Shown here piece after piece: positions 49,441 through 62,970 of a DNA stretch of 64,000 nucleotides. The notes below the pieces were generated by a model. That model saw only the letters and a program-made list of their open reading frames with translations. It was not told the DNA's origin and searched no databases. The stretch spans positions 62,126,001 to 62,190,000 of the forward strand of contig NC_045697.1 of the NCBI RefSeq assembly GCF_009834535.1. Reading direction: 5' to 3'. Position 1 is the first letter of the stretch, and every line of letters begins with the position of its first letter. The stretch comes from Camelus ferus. Lineage: Eukaryota. Made by a program: the position numbers and the translations under genes.

Positions 49441-52400
49441 GTGGGCATGAGCGCGTTCCCCTCCGACCCCGCCCCGCTCAGCCCGGAGAGCAGGGCGCCC
49501 CCTCGCGGGGCAGACCTGATAGGGCGTCTGCGGCCCGCGGCCCGCGGCCCGCGGCCCAGCTGGTTCCCGCGGCTCCTCCCGTGGGCAGGAGGGGCGGGGA
49601 GGAGTTGGCGGCCGAGGGATGCCTGGAGGGATGGGCGTAGTCTCCCCTTCTCTTTTTTTGGTGGTTTTATTTTGAGAGTTCGGTGCGTGCGCCAAGAAAG
49701 TGAGGACTGCATGCCAAGTGTATATATGGAAAAGATTCCCGATTCCACAGACACTCGCATCCCCAAAGCTCATCCAGCTCGTGCTAACCGCTGGCAAATC
49801 GATCTTCAAAAGCTGCCCCCACTCTTTTGGCAACCCAGAGTTGTCATTTTCTTTTCGTTCTTTCTTGGCTTGGGTGTATAGAGATGAAGTCAAGAGGAGA
49901 AAGGAGTTTGACGATGAGATACAAAATAAGGACTCTCAGAGAGAAGTTAATTGTCCCACATTTAATTGGCTAGATTGTAAGAATTTTACAAATTGGATTT
50001 CATGGTTTCTTCTTTCTTAATATTAAGGAAAATAATTCACTCACTGGAAGTTAGAGTCGCAAACAGTAATCTAACTATCTAATTATATGTGGGTAAAACC
50101 CCCCAAACTCTTTGAAGAATGCTTTTTAATGATGTTGTTTATGTTGTGAACCTTATGACCATTTTGTTTTTCTTTCTTGTTCCTTTTTTGCGTAATTTGT
50201 CCCCAGGATGCATTGTTCAGCAGGAATGCCTTTGAGGTTATGTTTGATCTTTTATTTTATTCCAAACAAGTCCAACCAAGCTTGTCATAAATGAAACGGG
50301 AAAATAGAGTCTGGACTTGCAAAAAAAAGGGGGGGGGGGGCTTTTAATTCTAATGTCTGAAATAACATTTTCCATAGGCAGTAGTTTCAAGGGAAAGTTA
50401 GAAATCCAACCTTGGCAGTCCCTCTCCTGGTCTGAGCCAAGGTAGAAAAGAGAGGAGGTAGTTCTCCTGAAATGACAGAAGCAGTTGCTTCTTTAACACA
50501 GCTCAGACTTTCTCTAAGCTTTCCAAATAATTCTTTTTTTTTTTTTAGAGTTTTTCCCAGAAGCCTAGACACTAATAGGTCGTCTGTCACTGATTTCAGA
50601 GTTCACTATTGAAAGCCTTAAATAGTGTTAACAACTTACTATTCACATTATCATCACCTTAAATTTAGAAAATCACAATCCAAATAATCTGCATACTTTT
50701 CCAACAGAACCAATCATTTGTGCCTTTGGGTCTAATTTATCAGTCATGCCATGAAAAGAGAAATGTCCATAGTTTAAGAATTCATTCCAAATACTGACAT
50801 TTTTCTTGCACATTCTAAGGGGAATTTTTCCCCATAGTCTTTCCAAATCCATGGAACTTGCCTTGTCAAAGCAGGTTACCTCGATGATGATTTAAGTATT
50901 GTCAGTTCTAGCCTGTAGGTAGTTTTATCCATCTTCTCTTCTGCTATTTACATCTCTAAACAATCACACAGTGCAATTATCAAATGTTGAGCTGGATAGT
51001 CATATAGAAGGAGTCACATAACTCCATTATCGTGTAAACCCATCTCTGCATCTCTCCAGACTGCAAACCCCATGAGGGTACAGACCTGGTTTTTCTTTAT
51101 GTTTGGGAAAATGTTAAGAGAAATAGCATCTAAAACTGAAAACCTTGACACAAATTAGCCTTTTTTCCCCAACCTAAATTTAGAGATACAGGGTCCAGGG
51201 CCTGGGGCCCGTATAGGGAGAATGCCAGAGAGAGCAGAAAAGGATGTGAGGTTCACCAGAGTACTTTTCCTCAGCAGAGATAAATGGGACTACACCCAGA
51301 TTTCCTAATAGATTTCTCCTGATTCCTGGATGTGTTTTGACAATTATAGAAGCAAACCCATCAGATTGCCACGTACTTCTGTGCCATTTACTACTGGGGC
51401 TTTGCAAAGAGTAGGAAATACATTCTCTGGGTTCTTCCAGCCTTTTCTACCCTCAGAAGAAACTTGAATTATGCTTCCTCAAATATTGAGAGGGAGTGAG
51501 CATCACTGTTGGTCTCATTTAGCCTACATTTATTGAGCATCTCGCATGTGTCCGCACTGTGCTAGGTGCTGTGCAGCTGGGGATGCACAAAACAGGTCTG
51601 GTCTTGCTGATTAAGAAAGAATCCATACAGGTTACAAACCTACCTCTCAAAGCACTTTCCCTGGAGCCATGGAGACACTCCCCGTCTTTTCCCAGTCCCT
51701 TCTTTTCTGAAGTCACCACTTACCCACCTTCTGGGGAGAGATGCTGGTCCACTTGTTTTTTGTACCTACCTCTGTGATAAGAAGCAAAGCCATCTTTTTG
51801 AAAATCTGCATAAAAGATAATGAGTTAATAATCTCAAATCTTGAAACTGTCACCATGAATTTAGTGCCATTAGGTCTTATTGAGGTCCCTGAAGTCATGG
51901 GTAACTGGAAGAGGGGATTTGAAAATTCAGTTTAATAAAAAGTAAATAGAAATGCCAAGATGTATAATAACATCTCACAGGCGGAAGAGAACATGGTGCT
52001 CCTTTATTCCGTTTCTTGGTACCCCTATGTTCTTGGTCTTTTATATCTGAGCTCCGTGGCAATCTCTTGGTCCCTTTGGGTCCCATCCCCTCTTCTTCTC
52101 CCTCAGAATTAATGTTGACTTGTGGAATCAGAATTCATTCTTAAGGGTCTCCCTTGTTAATACTTTTAGGACCAAGTTAAAACTACTTAGCAGGGCATAC
52201 GAGGCTCTTCACAGTAACTCTTATTTTGGCCTCTTCTCTCCAACCCCCTTTATGGTCCACAATAATTGTTCGCTCTTTGCTGTTGTTTGCAATCACACCC
52301 TCACTTTCCTTTCCCCGCTTTGAACCTTAGCCTTCAAGGATCAGCTGTGCCACCTTCCCTGGGAAGCCCCTTGACTCTCTCCCCACCGCCTGCCATAATG

Positions 52401-52499
52401 ATGTCCTTGTCCTTCTTCAGCTCAGTGTAGGCTTCCAGCCATTATTGTATATGTTCTGATTCTGTTTATACATTTTTTGTTGGGGAGTGGAGGGTGTTA

Positions 52500-53360
52500 C
52501 TTTTTTAAATCTATTTTTCATTAGGATAACATTGGTTTATAACATTACATAAGTTTCACTTGACATGTACAGCATTATGTTTCTTCTTCTGTACACCTGA
52601 CAGGGTGCTCACCACTACAAATTTTGTTTCCATCTGTCACCATGCAGTTGACCCCCTTTATTGATTTTGCCATTCACCCCATCCCCTCTGGTGACCACTG
52701 CTCTGTTCTCTCTGTCTACATGTTGGTTTTTGTTTGGTTTGGTTTGCTCACTTATTTTTGTTTTTTGGTTTTTTTTATTCCACATATAATTTAAATCATT
52801 TCTCCTTCTGACTTATTTCACTTGGCACAATACCCTCAAGATCCATCCATGTTGTTGCAAATGACAAGATTTCATCTTTTTCATGGCAGAACAGCTTTCC
52901 ATTGTTTACATATACCACATGTTTATCCAGTCATCCATCACTGGGCACTCGGGTTGTTTCTGTATCTTGGCAATTGTAAACAATGCTGTGATGAACATAG
53001 TGGTGCATATATTTCAAATTAGTGCTTTCGTATTCTTTGGGTAAATAGTCAGAAGTGCGATAGCTGAGTAGTTCTATTCTTAATTTTTTGAGGAACATCT
53101 ATACTGTTTTCCATAGTAGCTGCACCAGTTTACATTCCCACCAACAGTGCATGAGGGTTTCCTTTTATCCACATCCTCACCAACACTTGTTATTTCTTAC
53201 CTTTTTGGTAATAGCCATTCTGACAGGTGTGAAGTCATATCTCATTGTGGTTTTGATGTGCATTTCCCTAATAATTAGTGATGTTGAATATCCTTCTTAT
53301 GCCTATTGGCCATCTGTATGTATTTTTGTTTGGAAAAATATCTATTCAGCTCCTCTGCCT
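52500..53360 (-). mobile_element. L1 3' end (ORF2 end + 3'UTR)
   Basis: ORF 53088-53411(+) is the typical antisense-L1 translation; CCATCCATGTTGTTGCAAATGACAAGATTTCAT motif. Confidence 0.9.
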
Positions 53361-53409
53361 TCCAGCCACTTCTCCAACAGTATTTATTGCACATGTAACA
53401 TGTATATAT

Positions 53410-53900
53410 GAGAAGAGGCCTTGGAGCAGAATAGTTAAGACGCTGAGTTCTAGAACCAGACTCTCTGGGTGTGAATCTTAACTCTGCCAGTAACTTAGCC
53501 TTGAGCAAGTTCCCTGACCTCTCTGGACCTGGGTTTCCTCACCTGTAATGCAGGGATTATAATCATACCTGTCCTGTAGAACTGTGAAGATTCAGTGTGA
53601 AAGTTATCTGTAGAAAACACTCAGTGAATATTCATTGCTCTCATTATTTCAACTTGAAATTAAGCTCCTTAAGGGAAGGGAATTTTTGCTCCCTGTTCTA
53701 TTCTCAAGGGCCTAGATCAGTGCCTGGCACTAGCAGATGCTTTAAACATATGTTGAATGGATGAATGAATTTGCCAGGCACTCTTCTAGTCCCAGGGTAG
53801 GCAGCCTTGAATAAGGTACACAAGATCCCTCTCTTGTGGCATTTACTGTAAGTTTTAGACAGGAACAAGTAAACATATTTTCACATAGTAGCGTGTGCTG
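53410..53900. mobile_element. MIR (~53410-53640) followed by L2 fragments
   Basis: CCTTGAGCAAGTT...TTTCCTCACCTGTAATG; CAGTGCCTGGCAC...TGTTGAATGGATGAATGAA. Confidence 0.65.
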
Positions 53901-54594
53901 TGAAGAATGTGCACCAGGGAGTAGGACAGAGACTAGGGATGGATGAGCCGTGGTAGGTGGGTGGACCGAGCCATGCTGAGGACCTTGTGAGGATTTCTGC
54001 AAAGGGAGCAGAGCTCCTGAGGGGACATAGAGCTCTTCCAGTTAGTGTAGAACCTTCCACAGCCTCCAAAGGGCTCTCTGAATGTCTGTCTTCCTCTCAG
54101 GACCAGGCAGCATCCTAAAAGAGGGACTCCATCTTCCTATTCCTTATAAACTCAATGACTGGCTAATAGTTGGACACTTTCTAAATATTTGTTGACAAAA
54201 CGCAGGAATCCTCTTAAGAAAGTGCCTTCTCGTTGGAAACCAGGCAGTGGACTCTTCTGCCTGTCTGCCTTCTATTCTCCCTGTGTCTTCTGCCTGCCTG
54301 ATGTGTGAGCCAGGGAGTGCATCGGACATTGGCTCGCCTTCCCATCCTCTGCTGTTCTGAACTCTAACATTAGGTGGTCACTTTCCCCCTCAAATCCCAT
54401 TTCCACATCTTCTTGCTGGTTAGAATTAGGTTGAGAGCAACAGAAACCATTCTGTAAATGGGAAAAGCTTCAGTAAAGATTTTGATATTCAGAAACGCAT
54501 TTTATTTGATGAATTTTAAACATTTGTTTTTCGAGAAGTTCGTTTTAGGCTCATTGTTCTGTTGGTAATGTATCATTTAAATTCCCATGTTCTA

Positions 54595-54697
54595 GTGTTC
54601 GCTTTGGCTGCACATATACTAAAACTGAAACGATAACAGAGAAGATTAGTGTGGCCCCAGCACAAGGATGACACGCAAATACGTGAAGTGTTCCATA
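54595..54697 (+). pseudogene. U6 snRNA processed pseudogene in IGFBP7 intron 1
   Basis: GTGTTCGCTTTGGCTGCACATATACTAAAACTGAAACGATAACAGAGAAGATTAG...TTCCATA followed by an A-rich tail; 16-bp TSD (14/16 identical) at 54579-54594 and 54721-54736. Confidence 0.95.
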
Positions 54698-54772
54698 AGA
54701 AGAAATAAATAAATAAAAATAAATGCCCGTGTTCTACTACTATCCTTCAAAGAATTTATGAATTTATAATAT

Positions 54773-55550
54773 TGTGATTTATAATAAGAAGTATATACTT
54801 GACCTTCATTCAATTCCTGCCACATATTTCCCTAAAACCTGTGGAATTTTCTGAGTATTACAAGCAGATGAAGGTGTCTTTTGTTATGTTGGTGAGGTGA
54901 CTTTCGGAAAGCCCCTAGGTCACCTCAGGATGGGGGCTGGTTGCCAGTGGGGCCAACCGTGGGATTAGTGGATTGGCGCTTTCAGTCTTGCCCCAGACCC
55001 CCTAACCTCCCGGGGGAGGAGAGGGGCTGGAGATTGAGTTCAGTCACCAATGAGTGAATGATTTAATCAATCGTGCCTATGTAATGAAGTCTCCATAAAA
55101 CCCCAAAGGACTGGTCAGGAGAGCCCCCAGGCTGGTGAACACGTGGAGGTGCTGGGAGAGTGACTCGCTCTGAGCGCGTGGAAGCTCTAGGCTCCTTTCC
55201 CCACGCCTTGCCCTGAGCACCTCTTTCATCTGGCTGCTCCTGAGTCACATCCTTTTATAATAAACCAGTAAGCCAGTAAGTAAAATGTTTCTCTGAGTTC
55301 TGTGAGCCACTGTAGCAAATTAATTGAACTTCTAATTTGTGGCCAGTCTGTCAGAAACACATATGACAACCTGAACTTGTGATTGGGGTCTGAATTGGGT
55401 GGAGGGGGTAGTCCTGTGGGACTGAGCCCTTAACCTGTGTGATCTCTCTCCAGGTAGCGTCAGAATTGAGTTGAATTGTAGGATGCCCAGCTGGTGTCAG
55501 GGAGTTACTTGGTGGTGTGGGGAAAAACACACCATTGTAACTGGTGTCAA
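54773..55550 (+). mobile_element. ERVL-class LTR (MER21B-like)
   Basis: TGTGATTTATAATAAGAA...AATCAATCGTGCCTATGTAATGAA.TCTCCATAAAA...TTCTCTGAGTTCTGTGAGCCAC.GTAGCAAATTAATTGAAC...CCAGCTGGTGTC. Confidence 0.85.
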
Positions 55551-55689
55551 AATTGTAGAGCTTCATTGAAATTTGAAACAAGGGTTCCAGAACTGAATGA
55601 AATTATTCTGGTCTGATTTATCTTGGGTGGGGGTGGGGGGTGCAAGTCAGGGCAGCACTTTGCTAAATTAACATAATGATGCCACAGAG

Positions 55690-56125
55690 ATGGTCAGGGA
55701 GCACAGAGGAGGGGGATCCTTAACCCAGATTTGTGGAGAAAGAGCCTGAAATGACTTCCTGGAAGAATGGGGTCCTCCCTGAGGTGGGGGTAAGAAGGAA
55801 TTGGCTGGAGACGAGGCTGGAGGTTGGGATGGAGTTAGGGGGGGGATGAGAAGAGCATTCTGGGCAGAAGGAATAGCACGTGGTTCCATGGGGCTGCCTC
55901 GCAGGGAGGGAGGGCAGAGGTGGCAGCTGGACACTGAACAGAGCCCAGTGATGGAGGGCTAATTAAGAAGTTTAGATGCTGTCACAGCATCGCTTGAGTG
56001 ATATAATTGGATTTGTGCTTTTTAAACATCTCTGTTGGCTGCCCTGAGGAGGATGGATTGAAAGGGGGCAAGACTGCAGAGACTTCCGTTAGGAAGCTGT
56101 TACTACAACCCAGGCAAGAGGTGCT
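55690..56125 (-). mobile_element. L2 fragment
   Basis: GACTTCCTGGAAGAA...GAGCATTCTGGGCAGAAGGAATAGCA...GTTAGGAAGCTGTTACTACAACCCAGGCAAGAG. Confidence 0.6.
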
Positions 56126-59100
56126 AGCTAGACTCCCTCCTCACAGGACCTCTGCTTTCTCTCTCAAATCTTAGAAGCATTGTCAAACCTGGGTTCCCAG
56201 CCTGCCATGGCAAGCTGTTACTTGGGAGTGAGAAGCCAGTACTGCGCTGTGTTCTTACTAAATGACCCCTCACAAAGTGCCCTCGTAGCCAGCCCTGCTT
56301 CTGAATTACAGCCACTCGATCATGTCAGCAAGCTCTTCCTCCTGTAATCCCCATTCCTCTTTCTCTCTCTGCTTGCAGATCAGAAACAGAAAAAGCCACA
56401 TCTCAAAGAGTCTACCCCACCTGAATAGAAATGCTTTAAAAATTTTTTCCTGGCCTCAGTTGCCGTTAATTGCACACAGAAAGTTCTAGAAAGTTGAAGT
56501 AAGTCACTGGTTCTTTCTTATCCCTTTACCCAGTTTTAATCACCGCATCTTAGGAAAGATTTGAAAACCTGAGGAAGCTTTAGAAAAGAAAACAAGCAGC
56601 CTTGAAGAAGGGTCTTAAAGGACTTAAGACTCTTTTCAAGGAAAGTAACCCAAAGAACAAGTAAATGTTTCTTCATGGTTTGGGAATTAGTTATTAAGTG
56701 GAAGGTGCCTGACCTACTGTTCTACAATTCTTCAGGAGACAAATTAACAGTCCTAGAACCACACAGCCACAAGGCACATTTCGATTACACTCCAGGAAGA
56801 ACTTGCAGTAAAAACTATTGAATACTGTGATGTGCTCGTGTGGGAGTCAGGAGAATTATGTTTCGAAGATTCTCTTTTTGTGGAGCTAGAGAGCACCGAA
56901 GGGAGGAGGGGAAGCGTCTGAGAGAGGATGTTAAAACTTGAGGCCTTTTACATGGACCTGAGATGGAGGGATTGAGCTGAGCAGGCATTTGTTTGATGTG
57001 GTTTGTTACTTGGGAATGATAAGCACATCTTTCTCTAGGGCCTGCCCTCAGGGTTTGTCATAGACTTGCCTTCTAGGAGAAGCTGCCTTATAAGGCTCTC
57101 TTTTGCTTAGGGACAGAACTCCCCTGGACGGAGTCCAAGGCCAGCCAGCCTTCCAGTGTTCTGAATTCCTCCCCACAGTGGATAAGATAATGGTGCTTCC
57201 TTTACCTCAGGCTACCCCACAAATGATCTTACCTCATCTGTGTTTTTAATTGTAAGACAAATAACATCTTGTTTTTAGCAACTGTTTAAAAAGAAAAAAC
57301 AAAAAACCTGAATTACTGTCAAAAGAACTTTTTAAGCCGGGGCATATGAGTGTGCCCTTTTTTGTAATTTAGATCCAGGACTGCACTGTTGGAAAGCTTG
57401 GAGATGAAAGAAGACTTAGGAGTATGTAAGTGAATGAGTCTAGCTATTTTAGGCAATTTTAAAGATTTCCCAGTGAGTCCTTTACTCTTTATGAGGCACG
57501 TGGGAGAGCGGGAGGGACTTTAGAAATATCTAAGGAAAGCTTTCCCAAGCCTGATCTGTGTGGAGTTTTCAGGCTGATCAAGGCCACCACCCCATGAAGC
57601 CTGCAAGAGAAAGGAGGTCAGGAGAAGAGAGCCAGGGTTGATAATGGAGGGAGGGATGTTTATTTTTGACTTAAAATTAATGTGTTGAACTCTGTTAAAA
57701 TTAATAGTTGAACTCTGTTTTATCCCAAGCTGGATTAATGTCAGAATGGTCTGGTGCCTTTGAAAAAGCTAACTTGTTGAATTGACTTAACCGTCCTACA
57801 GAGGTTGATCAGAAACCGCTGGAGCAGCAATACCCAGCTCCCCTCCTTCCTCAGTGCCTCTACCGAGCAGTGGGTCACCAGAGAGAGGAGCCAGCCATGA
57901 AATCTCCTGGGCCCCAAAGCAGGTCAGGGTTACGATGTTTTGTATCTGGAAAGTAAGAAAGGTTCAGACCAGGTAAAATAGACCTAGTAACCCAGTGTTG
58001 ACAAAGCCCCATTCATATGGGGTGAAGTTACTTACAGTAAGAGTTATTGGCAAGGACCAGCCGATGTGTTCAAAGTAGAGTTTACCACTATGAAAAAAGC
58101 AACCTCTTCAAAATGTTGGGATTATATATATATATATAAAATAAACAAAGGCACAGTTTAGTCTACCTACTTCAGAGGATTGTTGCAAAAGTCAAATTAT
58201 AGAATAGGTATGACATCACTGTGCAGAACTGTGCAGCACCAGGTAACGTAAAGGACCATTACTGACTAGACTGTAAACTCCTTCAGGGCCAGAACTCTGC
58301 ATAGTGCCTTGTGGGGTGTGATAATGATAACTGAGGCTTGTATAGTACTTTATGGTACTTTACAGTTACTGAGGGTTTCTGGGGATGTTCCCTTAGAAAC
58401 CTCACAACAGCCTTGGAAGGTAAGGGGAAATTAACATCCCAGTTTCCAAATAAGGAATTGAAGGTCGGCCATCGCGGACTAGCTGTGTTACTAGTTCTGG
58501 TACGTAAATCTGGGTGTTCTCCTGCAGCCTTGCTGGTCACAGTGTGGCCCAGAGACCAGCAGCATCTGTATTACTGTCTCTCTCTTCTGTAAACCTAAAA
58601 TTATTTCAAAATTAACAGCTTAAAACAAAGGTGACTCACAGAAGTCAAACTCTTGGGTATGAAAAAGCATTAGGAGTATCTTAAAGAATTTATCTTGCTT
58701 CTGTTTTCTTTTTGGTGCATTGACAAGGGGGGTGAATGACACATTCCTCTCTAAATCGCTCTAATTAGCCTAAAAAAGAAATTACATATGATAACAAAGT
58801 TGATGTCATCGTTTAATTGGCTTTTGTGGTAATGTGGTATGCCTTGTAATGTCATACTACATTCAGGGAAAGGCGGTATGTCTTACATGAATGAACGCGT
58901 CTGAGCGGCCTTCATACAGATCCCCGAGCCCAGTCTAGCATCAGCCCTTCCCAGCCCTTGGCGATCTGAGAGGCAGTCTCCTTAATTGCAGCCAAGAGTC
59001 TCTTGAACGGCTTGTGTGCTAGGGGCAGCTGACATGACAGTTTTCCCAAGCAGGACCTCTTGGGACGTAACATTTGTGTGTGGTGTTTGATCATTGCCGG

Positions 59101-60819
59101 GCCTTTCTGGAAACTCCAAATAGGGTATAGGAGAAAATCACTAAGATAACTGTCAACACACTCAAATGTGTGCTTTCACCGGAGGTTTTAGCCCTTAGTG
59201 CTGACTGAGGCCTGCCCCCAGCACGGAACCATCAGTATTCCTGGCTGGGAACACAATATTTACTCCACATTTAAGCTGTAGTTCATTGTAGGGCTACTCT
59301 CTTGAGGGAATTTGCATTTATAGGAATTGAAGCATATTTTTTGTCCATCAGGTGACCACTTGCAGAAGAGGGAAAAATCTATGTAGCAGTTTGAGAACTC
59401 AGTTACGTGTAATCTATTTTGACTTTGTGAGAGGAATAAAAAGAGCACTTTAATATTTTAGCAGGCAGAAGTGCAGCTGACTCCAGTCACCCTGTTCTTT
59501 CATGTTGTTTTTCTTGAAGAAGGGACGTCTCCAGCTCTCTTGGAGGCTTGTCTTTTTCCCTGAGTGAGAAAAGCTCAAAGGCATTTCATTTACATCACGG
59601 CAGATTAGCAGGCTGGTGGTCAAGTGTTTGAATCGGGAAAGCTTCAGATCTAACATCTGTTCAACTCTCTTCTGGTCTGACCCCAAGCAAGGGAGAAAAA
59701 TTTATCAAGAAATAGATCTCCTGGAACCTTCAGAAGGTTTTGAAAGAGACCACACAGAAATGCGGCTTTAGGAATTTGTCAGGACAGTCCAAGCCTGCGG
59801 GATACAGAGCCCGCTCCTTCTCCGTGGGAGCTTTCAGAACTTTCTGCTCAGGGAACAGAAAGCCAAAAGTGAATTTCAATAGCAGCTGCAGCAATTACAC
59901 CGCAACCCTGGCTTCCAAAGGACCCGCCTGGGGAAGCCAGAGCGTGGGATGGAGAGTGAAGTGCTTCAGCGGCAGCGCAGCTCTGCGTTAGAGGAGGCGA
60001 GGCGAGGGGACCGTGCAGCGAGGCTGCTTGTTAGAGACGCTCAGCCCAGCTGGAGAGGGCAGGCTGGGGCAGAGATCAGGATGCTGCCTGAGTTTTGACA
60101 GGTGAGGGCTGGGGAGCCAGAGGCCCCTCTCCACTCAGGTGTGTCTCACATCAGAGCTGTAGCGCAGGAGGCAGGAGCTGATCCAGCTTGGCTCTTTCTG
60201 CACCACTGAGCCTTTGGTTCACTGGAAGATAACTGTCAGGGCAAGGGCAGGCCTGTTCAGGACCCAGTCGTGATGTGGGCAAGTTAGCGGCCCCCTGCCT
60301 CATTCCTGCCTCATCTGAGCCCTCTTTCTTTTCACCTGCTCTGCCTGGCCTGTCATTACTCACGGCCCCTTTCTCCTGTCTGACTGAGCTCAAAGAAATG
60401 TGGTTTCCTTTCTCCACCTCCCAGCCCTTTCTTACAGAGCCTGGCCAGCAACTTTATAACCAGTGAGCTCTACTCAGTCTGCTCCCAGACTCAGGAGCCA
60501 CCTCCTGGCTTCCCCCATAAGAGAGTGAATGAAAAAACACTTGGCCTGCCACCCCCATAAGGCAGCCAGTTCAGTACACATCAGCCAGAGATGACTGTCC
60601 CTTCTTTTCTTGATACTCCTTTGGGATGAAGTTTTTTTCAGATGTCCTAGGATCCTAATCCACTCCATGTATCAGAACAAAACCCTGTGGCCCCTCTTAG
60701 GTCCAGTCCAGGGGATGGGGGAGACAGTCACCCCGCTGGTGACCATGAGTTTCACAGGTCCCCAGACCTGACTCTTGTGACTGTGCTGGTCACCCAACGG
60801 CCAGAACTTGGCTGGTGTG

Positions 60820-61070
60820 TGTGAGAAAATGTGGCAGAGTGGTTAAGGGAGTGAAGTTTGGATTCAGACCACCTGAGTCAAATTTCTCTCTGCCACTTAA
60901 CTGTTTGTGTGACCCTAACCTCCTTGATTCAGAGTTTTCTTACTTGCAAAACAAGTATAATAATAGTATCTGCCACTTAGGGTCACTGGGAGCTTAAATG
61001 AGTTACATGAAAAGCACTGGTACCTGGCATATAGTAAAGTCTCATTAAATGCTGTTTCATTTCAGTTTTT
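60820..61070 (+). mobile_element. MIR SINE
   Basis: GAGTGGTTAAG...TCAGACCACCTGAGTCAAAT...CTGCCACTTAACTG...CCTGGCATATAGTAA. Confidence 0.7.
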
Positions 61071-62819
61071 ATTGCTGTTAGCATCATAAACCCTGGTATG
61101 AGTTAGTTTACAAGTGCCTGGACTGTGACATGTTAATGTCTTACTTTGACCAATCCAAATGTAATATGGCCTTATTTATCTCTAGGTTAGATCTAAAACC
61201 TGTGTTTAAATCTGTGCAAACAAAATAGCAGGATAATATTCTTATAAACAAATCTCTGGAAACTTCCACCTAGCTCTTATTCTTGCTCTTCAAGGATTCC
61301 AGGACAGAGTCCTGCTCCATCTGGGAGAGATTCCAGAGTCCAAATGCAGATAGTCACATGGGAACCACCCAGGCTGCTGGCCAAGGGGGTTGCTTTGCTT
61401 TCACAGCGTGGAATATTTCCATCTTCGAGCTCAGGTCACACACATTATTTTCTAGTAATACCTTTTATGGATGGGACATTTTGGATTCAAAGGACACTCA
61501 AATTCAGTAATTACTGGTCTGTTTCTTCCCTGCATATGTTGGAAATGTTTGGGGTTTTGTTGGCTGGTCTCATTTTTGAAAAATATTGGAGATATTCCAA
61601 AGAGGAATGTGAACCAAAATCAGAGCTTGGCAGAGGAAGAGTATGATTAGTATCCATTAAGTACATATGGGCATTATCCTTGACTTTTAGAGATTTTTTG
61701 GTGGAAATCATAAAGTCTTTTGCTTGTACTTCATGTGTCTCTTTTTTGGCTTTCACATGTAGCCTTAGCTTAGCAGGAACTCTTTTTTAAAACTCAGATT
61801 TTCAACTATAAACGGGCATATTTAGAATCATGATGGTACCCACTGAGGCTGGTTCTTTGCATCCATCTGAAAAGTGCTAACATCCACCTCCCGGTATAGG
61901 GTGGAGAGCAGAAGAGCTGAGGGTGTGGAGAGGAGATAGAAGAAGCTGGATAACCTTTCAGATTCCCCAGCATCAGCAGTTATGAAATTGGTTTGCTTGT
62001 GATCTGGGCAGCAGGACTTCTGAAAGCTTCCCAGATGATTTAATGTCCAGGCCAGGTTCAGAACCACTGATCTAAAAAGACTTTCCTTGGGATAATTATA
62101 ATAATGATGGGCCAATTTCAGCTCAGTTGATCCAATTCTCATGTTCCACAGCAGGACGATTTTTCAGAACATCTAGTACACCAGAGGAAGTAGAAGCCAG
62201 AGAAAACATGGTCACTCGATACAGTGCACACGGTGTGGTGCTTTGACTGCTTCTTATCTCCTTGACTGTCTCAGTGCGGTTATCTGAATCCGACAGAAAG
62301 AAAATATTTCTACCTCTGTCTGACTTGTTGATATTAATAACAGTTTGAATACCACAGTACTTAATTCACCTAAATCCATGCAATCCAATCTTTCAATCAT
62401 GTCTCTAGAACATTAGTTCCATGAGCCTAGTGTTTTTTTTCTACTTTGTTCACTTTAGAATTTCAGTGTCTTTAAATAGTCCTTGGGATAATATAGTTGG
62501 TATTCAATACATACTTGTTGAATAAATGAATTAAGTGTGGGTTATAATGTGCCCTGTTGGAAAGGGGAACATTCACACTGGTGGAGGCCCACCTCTCTCT
62601 GTGTCATCACTCTGGGGTCTCTGATAGGAAGAGATGACTCTGTCCAGCTTCTGGGTTCAACCTAGAGAAGAATCTCTTGTCACTTGGCTGAGACCTTCCT
62701 GATTGGCATCTTCTCAAATTGCCCTTTATCCTACTATTACAAAAACTCTGAGACTGAGAACAGATTTTCAATTCTGTCATCTCCCTCTAATCATTTCACA
62801 AGCAGTGGGATTGTTATTC

Positions 62820-62970
62820 TACCACTGGCTGTGTGACCTTGGGAAATTTACTTAACCTCTCTGAGCATCAGTCTTCTCATCTGTAAAATGAGGATACTAC
62901 ATACCTCACAAGTTAGTTGAAAGTTACATGAGTTAATGTACTTTAGACAATGAACACAATGTTCAGCCCA
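62820..62970 (+). mobile_element. MIR SINE
   Basis: GCTGTGTGACCTTGGGAAATTTACTTAACCTCTCTGAGC...TCATCTGTAAAATGAGGATA. Confidence 0.8.

Larger units (their letters stand above)
48530..49700. promoter_or_regulatory. CpG island covering the IGFBP7 promoter, exon 1 and start of intron 1
   Basis: Very GC-rich with dense CpG, in sharp contrast to the CpG-depleted flanks; several GC-box-like motifs. Confidence 0.93.

Noticed and set aside
48583..49893. Long overlapping ORFs around exon 1 (208 aa +, 220 aa -, 268 aa -, 124 aa -, 146 aa +, 158 aa -)
   Set aside because: Pro/Arg/Gly/Ala-rich shadow frames expected in a stop-poor CpG island; no recognisable protein.
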